DNA of 63,208 bases, counting the filler, from Octopus bimaculoides (Eukaryota): NCBI RefSeq assembly GCF_001194135.2. It is 4 parts of 3 records of this genome, joined end to end, with 100 filler letters (N's around TTAATTAATTAA, not from the genome) between each part and the next. Parts side by side here need not be neighbours in the genome. Positions count along the whole stretch, not along the records: positions 43,549 to 63,208 come from NC_068996.1; 3 more parts are not named here. One strand, given 5' to 3'. The translations under genes were made by a program, and so were the position numbers. Of the stretch, positions 49,697 through 62,881 are shown in pieces. The notes beneath the pieces are model-generated. The model saw nothing but the letters and a program-made list of their open reading frames with translations. It was not told where the DNA came from and made no database searches. The number at the start of each line of letters is the position of its first letter. Within the stretch, counting starts at the first letter, position 1.

Positions 49697-52600
49697 TTCT
49701 TTATTGGCCACAAGAGCCGAACACAAAAACACATAGGGACAATACAAAAAACAAGGGACAAGTGGGATTTAAAAAAAAGAAAACGTGTAAGTAATAAAAA
49801 CAAAAAATAAACAGTTAAAAGCAACGAAAATAAAACAACAAAATTCCTCCATAGGAGTGAATTCCACCCAGGGCCAACCAGGTACTACACACATCCTGGC
49901 CACCCCGACTGCCAAAGGCAGGTCAGGCAGGTACCCTTCTTCTCCTCAGCTGCTCCGACTTACAGACGAATATTCAGAGTAGAGCCATCTACGCGAGCCA
50001 TTTTCGTAACATTCACCTATCTTTTTAACAAAATTACTGAGGAGCAGCACTTCACTCTCTACCCTCATTTTCCTTTTTCAAGTCGAACTTGAAAAAGCCG
50101 ATGAGGGACCGGCCGAAGAGGAAGGTGTCTGTCATAAGTCCTTTCAGTCTCGTCCACCACACTACCTCATTCGCTAGAGCAACCAAGCACAGGAAAACTG
50201 CCTTTCCCTCCCGGTGAAAAAAGAAGGGCAGGGTGGGTGATCCACACAATGGACTCGGTTGATAACCGGACCCGTCCTACACGTGGCAACAGCTATTCAA
50301 CAAATCTCCACAGGTCAGTATTGCAGGACGGTTTCATCACCCTGCGCACACCTCGGACAGCTCCGTCTCACAGCACTCCCGTGTCTGTAAAGCTTGTCTC
50401 GAACCGGCAGAGCTCTCCGGTAGTACTGCTAGGCCAGGGATTTCTGGAAGTTATCCATAGGTCCCGGCCCAAAAGTCCTTCAGAAAAGACCAGTGAGTTG
50501 AACCCTCTCGACGCCCAGAGTTTCCCTGCGTACATCGTCACTCTTTCCCTTCACTAATCCCCTATAGAACTCCATAGAACTTCCACCGATCGCGTTGCCC
50601 GACTGGCAGAAAGCTGTGAGCGCTTACCTACATTCCAGGTGCCAAGCGCCCTTTCTTGGCCTGCGCTTGATCCAGGACTGTAGTTCTGTCAATGAGACGT
50701 GCTGCAGAAAGTCCCGTATGACGAACAGCGACCACATCTGCTTACCATTAAGGAAACGTTGGAGATGTCGCAGCCTCAGCGCATGTCTGCACATCGTTAG
50801 CCACGGCATGCCCAGTCATCCACTCAGCGGCTATTGACAGCAGATGGACCATCTGATGAGCGGAATGCGTCCCTTCCATAGAGGGCACCTTTCAGGTGCC
50901 TGCGACGCTGTCGGCTGGCATAGACCTGCCTCTCCAGATGCCGAGTTGCAGGCCCACCGACTTCTCCTGGTTGATCTTTGCTCTTGACACCGCTTCGTAC
51001 TCACTTAGAGTAGTGCGGACTACCTCGATTTCCGAGGTGTCCGACATTATTATGGTGACGGTGTCCGCGTAAGCCGACACAAACCTTCCGCATCCCAGAT
51101 CACGCGGGATGCCCCTCAAAACATCCAACTTCCGCAGCAATTGCTCGAGAGCCATTACATTCAGAAGAAGCGACAGTAGGCATCCTTGACGGACCGAACG
51201 AGCGATGCTAAACGATTCCGATAGATGGCCATTTACTTTGACCTCTGAACAGATGTCGCTGTACATTGCAGCGATCCAGCCTCTAAAAACGGGACCGAAA
51301 CCCGCTGCCGCGAGAATAGCCTCCAGGTATTGGTGGTCGATCCTGTCAAAAGCTTTCGACTGATTCAAATTGATCAGGTCCTCACCCATGCCAGTTTTCT
51401 TACTCACCCTCTCTATGATGTAGCACGTGAGGTGGAGCTTGTCATGGGTAGCTCTGTATGGAGTTGAACATGTCTGAGCGTCACCAACCAACTTATCGAC
51501 TACAAGCACCAACCTCTAAGCTAATATCTTGGCCAACATCTTATAATCTACATTCAACAGAATTATAGGCCTGAAATTATCAATTTTGTTCGGATCTTTC
51601 CTCACCAGTACCACCACTCCACGGCTCACAGCACGAGGAATTCTCCCGTTCTGCTGCCAATTGTGGTAGACGTCTGCCAAGAGACCACCGAACAAGTCTG
51701 ACATATGAAAATAAAGCTCAAAGGGCAGACTATCCCGCCCGAGAAACTTCTTTCTGCGTCCTGTATATCTTCGGCTGTAATCGGCATTTCGCAGAAATCC
51801 GCATCTCTGGCCAAGAGGCGTAGCATGCCACTGAGATAGAAGGTGAAATCCACCACCGTCTTAGAACCACCGCGCACCTCATACAGTTTGGCGTAGTAGC
51901 ACTGAAATTCTACAAACATCTGCTTGGACTCGGTTATCATGCGCTCATCACATCTCGCCAAAGACCGAATTGTTGCTTTGTTTCCACGAAGCGCCTCTGG
52001 CACCCGGGCCCATCGAACGGCTTTCGTCCCCTTCTGTCTCAGTGCACGCGCCCTAGCTCTGACAATGCTTGCCATTGAAGAATTGATCAAGGGCAAATCT
52101 CGCTGCCAGTACGTCGGTCGCTATGCCTTTCCTAAGTGCCTCTTCGAGGTTCCTAACTAGGTCTCCCTCTATCCTAGATTCCTCTAACACTATCTCCTTA
52201 TTAAAACCTACCACCTCTACTCTAATAGCCCTTTTCAGGGCTATCCATCTACGGTTGTTGACGATTGCGCCCGCCAACTCTCGATGGACCAACCTGCCAA
52301 CCCGGTCTCTGATAGCTTGACATGCCAGAAAGGACGCTTTCAGTTTCCAGTATCCGAGTCCCTGTCTATGGGTCCTATCTATGTCGACCGTACAGATCAC
52401 AAATTTATGGTCCGTGTAGCCGACGACTTTGAAACGTGGACAACTTATACTACTTCTATCTGCAGGCCTACAAAATACTCTATCTAGACACTATCTGGAA
52501 GACCCAATGTGGTTCGCTCATGTCCATATTAGCGCTTTCGAGGAATCTAGTCGGTATCTGTCAGCCAACTGGAAGCGGCTGAGCAGGTTTGTGTGGATTT

Positions 52601-55098
52601 TACTCCCCAATCTCCTACCAGTTAGCTCCCCCTTATCCAGGCGTGCATCCATAATGGTGTTCCAGTCACCCTCTAACATTAAAGCGCATGACGTTCTGCT
52701 CTCCAAACCTCTGAAAAAAACCTCCAAACGTCTGAAGAAATCTGGCTGCCCCGCCCCCATGGGGGCGTAAAAAGTGCCTTCCCTGTCGCTCACATCCAGG
52801 GCCATCAACTTGCTTTCCGGGTCCAGGAAGATCGTCCGAACTTCGAAATCCAGGCCTTTCCTAAACACCACTGTCACCCCGCCTCCCATTCTGGACCGAC
52901 TAAGAGATGCGTGGGTCTCATAATCGTCGAAAATGGATGCAAGATTGCGTGTGTCGGAAATCCTGGTCTCGCTGGCTGCTATCACATCCAAACCTAGCGA
53001 CCTGAGGTCATTGAGCAATCGACCTTGCTTCCAGGGTGACTTCAGGCCGCGAAAATTTATGCATCCCTCTCTGGCAATCGCCATGACGGCTCGAAAGGGT
53101 TGAGGAAAAGAAAGCAAAAACAGGGTTACTTACCCTCTTGGAGCTGTTGGCAGTCCGGTGACCCGGGCTCCGGATCTGGTTCCTGTGGGAAATCGGCTAA
53201 AAGCCTCTTAGTAGCGTGGACGTTTGGCCTTTCCACGTTATGTGGAAGTCCCTAAGGGTACTAGTGTCATAAACTGCACCCTCTCTCAATTTGCTTGTTT
53301 TTGACTAAGAGAACCAACAAATCTTTGTTGACTCTCTTCCGTGTTGGTGAATGTGAGCTCTCTTTGGGGGCTATATATGGTTGTGAGTGCATTGGTGGAT
53401 TTGGTTGGGATGGTTGTGGGTGTGGGAAGGATGGGGATGATGTTGTTTTTTCTGTGTCAATGTTTGATGTGCTGGGGTTTCTGTGTTTTCGGGTGTTGGT
53501 GTAGGCTCTTTTGTTTTCTGTTCCCTTTTCCTTTTTCGCTTTTTAACTTTGTGGGGTTCTTTGTCATCTTCACTACAAGATGTGTCGTGGCTAGAGTCTG
53601 CATGGTCTGTCTCGGGGAGTGTGTGTATTTCTATGATAGTGTGAGCGTACTTCTGTGAGTGTATGCTTGAGAGAGGGGGTGAAGGGGACTGGTTTGACAG
53701 ATACTTGGGTGGTTTTCTCCATTGTATGTTGTTGTTGGGGTGAGGCTGCAGTTTTATTAAAAGGTCTCTGTTGTTGGGGGTGCGCTGTAGGCTGCAGGTG
53801 TCTCCGTGCACCTCCCGAATTCTGAGGGCAGAAGGCTTTCATGTAACTTATGGACCCACATTTGTCACATCTGAGCTTTCTGCCTTCCACTACGACACGC
53901 ATTTCTATCCCGTTGGGCAGCTGGATCAGGTCCGGAATCATCTCGATATTCTCTGCTTTCACACGGATTAATATCTCCAAGTCGATCCTACACCAGTTCT
54001 CTCTGCTGCTCGTTTTTACCTCCAGGAGTGCCTCTGGTTCCTGCACGGCACAGGCAACGATCCATCAGACATTTACATCATATAGCACACCGTTTATCCT
54101 AATTCTCGCCGTTTTCTTCGAGAGATAGGAGGGATACAGGAACCACTCCTCAGTCTACCGGGGTGACACTGCGTGTCTTCGCGTGAGGTCCTACTTTTAA
54201 AGAGAACCTCAATGCTGGCAAACTGCCTCCCTCTCTGTACGTGAGCCACATCTATTAAAATTTCGATGAGGGCCTTCTCAACGTGACCGATGGAAGCTAT
54301 TTCGGATCTCCGTGATACGCATTTAAAATATGCTGTCTTTGTTTTGCCTCTATTATTTGGGGAGGTACAAGCACTGATGCATTGCCCACGAAAACTTTGA
54401 TAATGTCTTTTGCTTTAGAAAGTACTCGAATTTTGTCCTCGAGAGGAAGCGTAAACATTTCCTTCTTTGTGTTTGCTGCATCAGCAAACCTCTTGCTTTT
54501 GTTATTGTTTTTGTTGTTGTCGACGTTGCTCTTGTTGCTGTTGTTTCAGCTGGCGCTGCTGTTGCTGTTGGTGGTGATGGTGGTGGTGGTGTGGCCACTT
54601 TCACTGTTGCCACCCTCCACACCGCCGTCACCGCCGTCAATTGTGTTCTGAATTGCGTTGCTGTTGCTAATACCACCACTACTTCTGCCGCTGCTACCAC
54701 CACTGCTGTCCCCGTCGCCCCCGCCGCTGCTATCATTGCTATCACTGCTGTTGCCAATGCTTTCACTGCTGCTACTATTAGGTGGACTTTGATCTTGTGT
54801 GTTTCTTTTTCTCCTCTCCCTCTCCAGTAATGTAGTTTTTTTCTTAAATCTTCCAAGATACGTTTCGCCATCTTGTTTATTTATATTGTATTAAAATTCC
54901 CACCGAAGTTATCTGGGCTGAATATAGCCCCGCTAGGGACTAAACAAATAGAGGAACACAATGCTAGATCCCTAGTATTTCTATTAACAAACTGGAACAA
55001 TGTTAAAACGAAAAAAACCCGCAACAAATGGTTGTAAAATAAAGTTTTAAACAAGACTTTCTTCGCACCTTCAAAAATACGTGTGTCGTGTTCAACAG
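49697..55098 (-). mobile_element. Near full-length L1/Tx1-like LINE (ORF1 with zinc knuckle; ORF2 APE, RT, C-terminal Zn finger), inactivated
   Basis: ORF1 from ATG 54871, CDKCGSISYMKAFCP; APE CINFRGL...DVIAASETR...GDWNT (52518-53117); RT FRPIILLNVDYKMLAKIL, NQSKAFDRIDH, SVRQGCLLS, SAYADT; CPRCAQGDETVL; AATAAA then (ATT)n. Confidence 0.92.
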
Positions 55099-55100
55099 TA

Positions 55101-55150
<50 letters not shown>

Positions 55151-55164
55151 TAATAATAATAATG

Positions 55165-55345
55165 ATAACTTCAAATTTTGGTGCAAGGTCAAGAAATTCG
55201 TGGGCGGGCGTAAGTCGATTATATCCCCCCCCCCAGGCTTAACTGGTACTTATTTTATGGACCTCGAAAGGATGAAAACCAAAGTCGAACTCTGCGAAAT
55301 TTGAACTCAGAACGTGAAGACGGAAGAAGTTCCGTCAAGTATTTT
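55165..55345 (-). mobile_element. SINE family B copy whose (ATT)n tail abuts the Tx1 5' end
   Basis: aaattttggtgcaagg...actggtacttattttatggacctcgaaaggatgaaa...gaaatttgaactcagaacgtg. Confidence 0.75.
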
Positions 55346-55829
55346 AACACATTTAATATTGTAAGCAAAGCAATGGCGTATATATTTACTTCTCTATTTG
55401 TGATGACAAATACAAATAGTAATTGAAATAAAGCGAGTTAGTCAATTCTTCTCATGGTTCGCTGCAAAATAAACTTTCAGATGTTATTAACACAGCAATC
55501 ACACAATGGTTCATACATGCATATATTTAATATATTTATCTGTGAAAACGAATAGAATAGCAAGTGAAATAAGTTAGCCCGTTTTTCTTCATAGCTCGCT
55601 TCTACTATCCAGTGTATCATCAATTGCATAATGCAAAGTAGTAAACATTAATAATTCTTACTACTTATGTGCGAAAAGTACCAGGAATTATTAATGTCTA
55701 TTATTTTACATTATGGAAGTGATGGTAGACTTGATCGAAGAGCCCAGCCATAAAGAAAAACAACAACATTTTTTATGTCTTAATACCCTCTCCTGTTCTT
55801 TTATCTCCTTCCTTTTCTTTTCTCCAGCT

Positions 55830-56320
55830 TTCGTCATTGGTCGCCAATCTCAAGTACTCTTGGAATAGAGGTAATGAGTTCAACCATCTCCCTGCTGTCA
55901 CCAACGCGTCTTTCCTTCTGTTCGCTACTGAGCAGCCTCGGAACAGACTTTGAACAAATTTTGCGCATGTTCAGATGTTTATGAATAATTCTGTATACAG
56001 TTGTCACACTAACTCTAAACTGTATGCTTATTGTCTTTATTGACGCACGATGGTGTTCATTCAGAAAATTGAACCAGCTTTGATGTTCTGCTGTCCCTCT
56101 TGTTTTAACACCTCTCATCATCTCTCACTTCTCTACCGTCCTTGAACCTTTTGTGCCAGTGAAAAACAGATGCTCTGCTCATACAAAAATCCATAAGTTG
56201 TCTGGAACATTTCATAAGTTTCTGTAGCATTTTTGTAGTATTTTTGCCATTAAACACAAAATGCAAATCGGATCGGTTCCGGCAGGGTAAAAAAAAAAAA
56301 AAAAAGACGGATCGCATCTC
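55830..56320 (-). mobile_element. Mariner transposase N-terminal half
   Basis: CMSRASVFHWHKRFKDGREVRDDERC; HLNMRKICSKSVPRLLSSEQKERRV (WVPR-like motif). Confidence 0.85.
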
Positions 56321-56799
56321 CCAGAGTCAACCCAATTTTTGATCGAAAAGCTTGCTAATTGATTGGATCTCTTTCCAAAACGTAACCATGAAAACTCCCT
56401 TTGAACAGGATAACTTCAAACAATGGCTCTTCATGTACACCATCTTCATCTGTTAAAACTAAAATTAAACAAAAATGGATTAGGGGAAAAAAGAAACAAG
56501 GACGTTATAGAGGTCTGTTATACTGCAGTGTACATTCCATTACAGTAACTGCAACTGTAGTAGGAAATGACAGACATGTTCTTACAACTGTTGTATTGAT
56601 TTAATTACAGTAATCTCACCCGAGTAGCTTACTGTTATTGTCTCCTTTGCGAGGAAGAAAGCCCTCAAGCAGCTTTTAAAACTCTACGTGTAGGAACTGT
56701 GTTTTCTTCCTTGCATTACTAACCTGATTGATCTCTCTGCTTCCTGAAATGCAGATAATTCTGTAAGCATTCTTGTGATGTTTGAAGTCCTGAATATCG

Positions 56800-57130
56800 A
56801 TGCCAATCCCACATACTGTTACAGTTCACTTTCAAGGTAGAAAATTCCACTATCACCTCCCTAACACTGCTCTCCCTGAACATTTGAGCAAAGCGTTGGA
56901 AAACCATACCAATCTGTTTAGAATCCAGTAGAACGAGCCCATCCAGGTCAGTCAAATTTTGTTACGCTGCACCTCCACCACGGGAGTCCATTGAATAAGT
57001 TTCGTCCTGCCATACCTTAGGGCATATGCTTTAGTATTGACACCGCAACCTTCGTGTTTCACGTTAAAGAAACGTTGATCGTGAGTTCTTTCATAGTCGC
57101 TTCTAATTGACTAATTCCCCTGTAACTATT
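56800..57130 (-). mobile_element. Tx1-like ORF2 fragment
   Basis: FFNVKHEGC...AYALRYGRTK and LLDSKQIGMVFQRFAQMF align with the 51850-52100 region. Confidence 0.6.
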
Positions 57131-58052
57131 TTACTCTCAGTGGTTATAAAGAAATCATTGAAACTGTGAAAAAGAAAAAGTCCTCCCAAAGAATAAATGT
57201 GACAGAACCTTGCAAGAAATTCTGTGCACTGTAACACAGTACATGAACGTTAACAGAATGAACGATCTAATTCATTTAGTAAGGTTGATGGTACTGGAGT
57301 GGGTGTCGGAAAGGGTGTATAATTTTAGCAAGCAACTCACTTGTGAATCAAACTATTATAGGAGACAGCAAAGAGGAAAACAATCCATAGAGTGGCCAGA
57401 ACTGAATACCGAAAAAACTTGATAGTGTTTGTGTATCTTTGGTACTGAAAGTACACATAAAGAAGCAACCCCAGTTGCTTCATAAAAAAGTTGGCTGTGT
57501 AAATATTTTAAAATTGAATAGTATTGAAGGGCTGCTCTAATTTGAGCTTACTTACTATTGTGGTCACTAATAGTAAAAACAAAAAGCGAATTAAAAGTAG
57601 AAAGGAAAGGAAATACAATACCTATATTTTATTTAGGTTTAAAACTAACCTTTGGACTCTCAGCTTCAGGAATTTGAGTAAAAGCCTATTCTAAGAAATA
57701 GAACACTATAGATTTATATAGATTTAGATACAATACTCTATAAATATCTTAGTAAACTATAAACTGATCTTTGAACTTCAAAACAAGCAAAAGATCAAAG
57801 GACATTAGTTCAATCATATACAAATATATTTCAATGAGGAAATTATAATGGAATAGCTTTAGTTATAGCTACAATACATTGCAATACACACCTAAAAATA
57901 TCATACCCACCACCTCACATAGTTTACACCCTACCCACTTTCACACATCTAACTTTAACTGAACCCTATCCAAACACCATGTTTCTTCCTTACTTCCACT
58001 ATCTTAGTGAATAGCATAGTTAAGGATAAAATAAATGTAGACTGTAAATTTT

Positions 58053-58096
<44 letters not shown>

Positions 58097-58230
58097 CGTG
58101 TGCGTGCGTGTGTGTGTGTATGTATGTGTGTGTGTGTGTTTCTGTGTGTGTATCTGTGTGCGTGCGTGTGCGTGTTTCTGTGTATATGTGTGTGTGTATG
58201 TGTGTGTGTGTGTATGTGTGTAGAATGTAA

Positions 58231-58570
58231 AGAAAGTCAGGAGGTGTGAAATGAATACGTTTATTTCACCAGTTGATATCCATTGGATGACGGCAGCTGA
58301 TTGTTTTTGTATGTGTATACTGGAGTCGAAAAATTGATGTAAACATGATACTCTATTGATCGGAAGAGCTAGCCTTCTATATCTGCATTCGTTTGTAAAA
58401 TATACAATTGTACTATGAAACTTACAGCATAAACACTAGTGCGAACATGTAAGATAATTTATTATACACTAAAATAAATTATTTTTACATGATGTAGGCT
58501 GAGAAACGTTGTCACCTTATGAATATCAACTGGTGAAATAAATATATTCATCTCACACTTGCTGACTTCC
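58231..58570. mobile_element. MITE with about 60-bp imperfect TIRs
   Basis: gaaagtcaggaggtgtgaaatgaatacgtttatttcaccagttgatat vs atatcaactggtgaaataaatatattcatctcacacttgctgacttcc. Confidence 0.7.
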
Positions 58571-58691
58571 TTTTTCCTCTATATGCTTCTCATGAAATAA
58601 TTTTCACTAACTGGATTTACTGGTCAATCAAAGGAGGTTTTTATGATTACTTTTAGATTCTATAAATCCATATACTGTGCATTATATATAC

Positions 58692-58723
<32 letters not shown>

Positions 58724-59742
58724 NNNNNNNNNNNNNNNNNNNNNNNNNNNNNNNNNNNNNNNNNNNNNNNNNNNNNNNNNNNNNNNNNNNNNNNNNNNNN
58801 NNNNNNNNNNNNNNNNNNNNNNNNNNNNNNNNNNNNNNNNNNNNNNNNNNNNNNNNNNNNNNNNNNNNNNNNNNNNNNNNNNNNNNNNNNNNNNNNNNNN
58901 NNNNNNNNNNNNNNNNNNNNNNNNNNNNNNNNNNNNNNNNNNNNNNNNNNNNNNNNNNNNNNNNNNNNNNNNNNNNNNNNNNNNNNNNNNNNNNNNNNNN
59001 NNNNNNNNNNNNNNNNNNNNNNNNNNNNNNNNNNNNNNNNNNNNNNNNNNNNNNNNNNNNNNNNNNNNNNNNNNNNNNNNNNNNNNNNNNNNNNNNNNNN
59101 NNNNNNNNNNNNNNNNNNNNNNNNNNNNNNNNNNNNNNNNNNNNNNNNNNNNNNNNNNNNNNNNNNNNNNNNNNNNNNNNNNNNNNNNNNNNNNNNNNNN
59201 NNNNNNNNNNNNNNNNNNNNNNNNNNNNNNNNNNNNNNNNNNNNNNNNNNNNNNNNNNNNNNNNNNNNNNNNNNNNNNNNNNNNNNNNNNNNNNNNNNNN
59301 NNNNNNNNNNNNNNNNNNNNNNNNNNNNNNNNNNNNNNNNNNNNNNNNCATACGGTGGGGGCTGTTAAACCCAGGCGATGTAAAGTGGTAAACGCTGGAA
59401 AAACGAGCTTTGAGAAGAGACAGGTAAAAGCACGTCTTGTTTTTAAGAAGGAAATGGAAGTAGGAAAGTTGGATGGCCGTTGGTCACGTGTGAGCAACGA
59501 GAGAATCAAGGAGGAAGGGTGAGAGATAGAGAGAGAGAGAGGGAACGGTGAAGGGGAGAGGAGAAAAATAGGGAAAGTTTGGGAGAGAAAAAACAGAAAG
59601 GAAGAAGAACAAGAGAGGGAGATAGATATAAAGAAAGCATTGATTCACTTTCATGCACACACACAATTGAACAACAACGCACACAATGACGTCAGCGTTG
59701 CTACCGAACAAGAGGGAAGAGAAAGCAAAGATAATGAATATA

Positions 59743-60104
59743 CAGGGTGATTAAAAAGTTGCCATAGATAAGAACAATTTATCTTTTTATAAGAAACAGT
59801 TTATAAGAACAGTTTTTTTTTATTTATTTAATAAGCTCAATATGGTTACCATTGTTTTGAATACACATTGCAATACGTTAACCATACTCATTGGGAACTG
59901 GTAATCGCACATCTGGTGATATGTGTGCAAATGAGTTGGTGATGCGTTCCTTCAAATGATTTATGTCTTTTATCTTTCCGCGATACACCGCCCCCCAAAA
60001 TAGAAATCAAGAGGGGTCAGATCAGGGGACCTAGGGGATCTTATAAACTGTTTCTTATAAAAATATAAATTTTTCCTATGTATGGAGACTTTTGAATCAC
60101 CCTG
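59743..60104 (-). mobile_element. Internally deleted Tc1/mariner-superfamily element (DD37D/DD41D-like) with about 70-bp TIRs
   Basis: TA|CAGGGTGATT...TTTATAAGAAACAGTTTATAAGA at both ends; internal SPDLTPLDFYFGG...KIKDINHLKERITN...RIAMCIQNNGNHIE remnant. Confidence 0.85.
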
Positions 60105-60479
60105 TATATGTCTAAGACAATGACCGTTGCCACAACCACTGCCACCTCCACTGCCACTACCTCCNNNNNNNNNNNNNNNNNNNNNNNNNNNNNNNNNNNN
60201 NNNNNNNNNNNNNNNNNNNNNNNNNNNNNNNNNNNNNNNNNNNNNNNNNNNNNNNNNNNNNNNNNNNNNNNNNNNNNNNNNNNNNNNNNNNNNNNNNNNN
60301 NNNNNNNNNNNNNNNNNNNNNNNNNNNNNNNNNNNNNNNNNNNNNNNNNNNNNNNNNNNNNNNNNNNNNNNNNNNNNNNNNNNNNNNNNNNNNNNNNNNN
60401 NNNNNACAAAATAATTTTGCTTCTGTTCTGGGGCAAAGGAGTCGACTCATGTCCGTTTCGACCCAAGGCTTCTTAGAAT

Positions 60480-62760
60480 TCAAGTCAATTTTACCCAAAG
60501 AAGAAAGAACACTAAAATTACACTCACCAAAAGACACTTTACAAGACGTTTAAAAAAAACAATAATTTGCAAAATGCTAAACTCAAAAACAAAAATGCTG
60601 GAACATGCCACTCAACAAACGGTGGAAAAGCGCTTACGGCTGATATGGGCTTTCAAAAAAATATTACAAAGGAAAAAGATTTGCCACTATCGAAGTAAGG
60701 TTCAATATAGAGGAACAAGCAAAAGAACATTTCACAAAGCCACTCAAATGCCAGGAAATAATCATAATTCCTACGTACCTTGGTCGTCGTGTGACGAAAA
60801 TAAAAATTGAAGATGTGCCCCCTGAAATAGAAATACGATAGCTGGTATCAGCCATTTGCTACACTTTCGCGGAGGCAATTAACTTGCTAGAAATTGCCGG
60901 CCTGGAGCAGCAAACCTACATGTGGCTGTTGAAGGCAGAACCCCACGGTGTCACCTATGTGGTAGCAAAAACCACCTCAAGAGCGACTGCCCAGCAGCAC
61001 AAGAACAGCAAAAAGAAAAGACCAAAGCAAACCAGCACTGTTACCCACACCGCCATCAGCACAACTACAGCAGCAACAACAGATGAAGCAGCTCCACCAA
61101 CCAGCCAACCAGCCAACCAACCAACCAACCAACCAACCAACCAACCAACCAACCAACCAACCAACCAACCAGCCAACTCAACCAACCCAATCAATCAACA
61201 TCACCATCAGCAGATTCGACATCACCAACAACAGAAGTAAAACCATCATCGCCACCACTAACAACAGCCACAGAAGTACCAAAGCCGGAAAAGAAGGAAA
61301 GAACAAACCGCTCATCCCCAACAGCTTATACATCATATCCCAACAGCCACTAATCAGCACTAACAACAGTAACAACATCAACATTAACACACACACAAAT
61401 CGATCCCAATTCCCTTCCCTCCACTTTCTGATTCCTTTGACATGTCGTCTGATGAAGGCAACACGGAAATATGGCAAATGGCCACAGTGGGGAAAGAAAA
61501 AAGTGGGGTGGTGGTGGGGTAAAATGTTCAGCGACGCCAGACTCTCCAGCCCGTGGCCCCTCAAGCCCACTTTCAGCGGACAATTCGACATTTATTTTTC
61601 TCCGTATCTGCCGAGAATGGACGGTAGTGGTACCACGGTGCTTTTTTTAAAGGGTCTGGATCTCAAAGTAAGGGCATTATTCCTAGACCCGGAGGGTAGG
61701 CTGGTCGTCTTGGATGTCGATGGCAGTAATGAGTGTGCTCTCCGACTGATAACGGCCGGATTTCTTTCAACGTCTATAGGCTTTCCTGGGAACGTCTCGA
61801 CCTTTACTTTTAGTAGGGGATTGGAACGCTATCTTGGACACGCGTCTAGACTATGTAGGTATAGATAGGAAGAGAAAGGTATGCAAATGCCTCAAAGACC
61901 TGCTCAGACGTTTCCAACTGTCCAACAGGTACCGACTGGGCTACCCAAATGTGCCAATGTGGACATGGACCAACCGAATTGGGTCGTCTAGATTGTATTT
62001 AGATAGAGTATTCTGTAGGCTAGTAGATTGGGATAGTGTAGGTTGTCCATAATTTCACATAATCAGCTACACAGATTACAAATTCGTGACCTTAGAAGAG
62101 AATCATAGGCAGGGTCCCGTAGACGGGAAGGTGAACGCATCGCTCTCGGAGCGACAGGCTTAGAGAGACCGGATTAGCAGATTAGTTTGGAGGGTTTGCT
62201 CTAAAATGGGCAATTACAGCAGAATCGGTTAAGTATAGCAAGACTTTAGCGATCGATCGAACAGGGCGCGAGTTACTCGAGCCCGAAAAGATGTATGAGG
62301 CCTTTCAGCAACATTTTGCCTGACTGTTCAGGATAACTGGTGGGTCGGAACGCAGGATAAACTTTAGTGGCTACTTGCATGGCAAGCCACGACTCTCGGC
62401 AAGAGATGCGGAGTGTTGTGAAAATGCCATTACAGCCGCTTCCAGCTGAGAGGTTGGTGCTTGCCATCGAGAAACTGGTCGACAAGGTGCAAACATGCGC
62501 CGTACCGGGCAGAGGTATTCGTGACAGTTGCCACCTCATGCGCTACATCATAGGCAGGGTAGTTAAGGAACCTGGCATGGGTGGGGCTCTGATCGATTTG
62601 GATCAATCAAAAGCTTCCGATAGGGTCGACCATCGATACTTGGCGGCTCGTTTTGGTCCAGTCTTCCGTGGTTGGATCGCTGCCTAATACAGCGGTATCC
62701 GCTCGGTAGTTCGAGCAAATGGCCATCTATGTAGACCATTTAACATTACGCGTTCGGTCC
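60480..62760 (+). mobile_element. Degenerate, internally deleted L1/Tx1-like LINE (ORF1, APE and RT pieces)
   Basis: IEVRFNIEEQAKEHF...IPTYLGRRVTKIKIEDVPPE; LDLKVRALFLDPEGRLVVLDV; QTCAVPGRGIRDSCHLMRY...DLDQSKASDRVDH; ends at (GTCT)n. Confidence 0.85.
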
Positions 62761-62810
<50 letters not shown>

Positions 62811-62845
62811 ACATACATATATACATACATGCATACATACATACA

Positions 62846-62881
<36 letters not shown>

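Noticed and set aside
58643-59522. Long ORFs in the track containing X runs (also 11566-12132, 25895-26342, 34291-34883, 39220-39985, 46791-47270, 60041-60537)
   Set aside because: They are open only because of N gaps and microsatellites.
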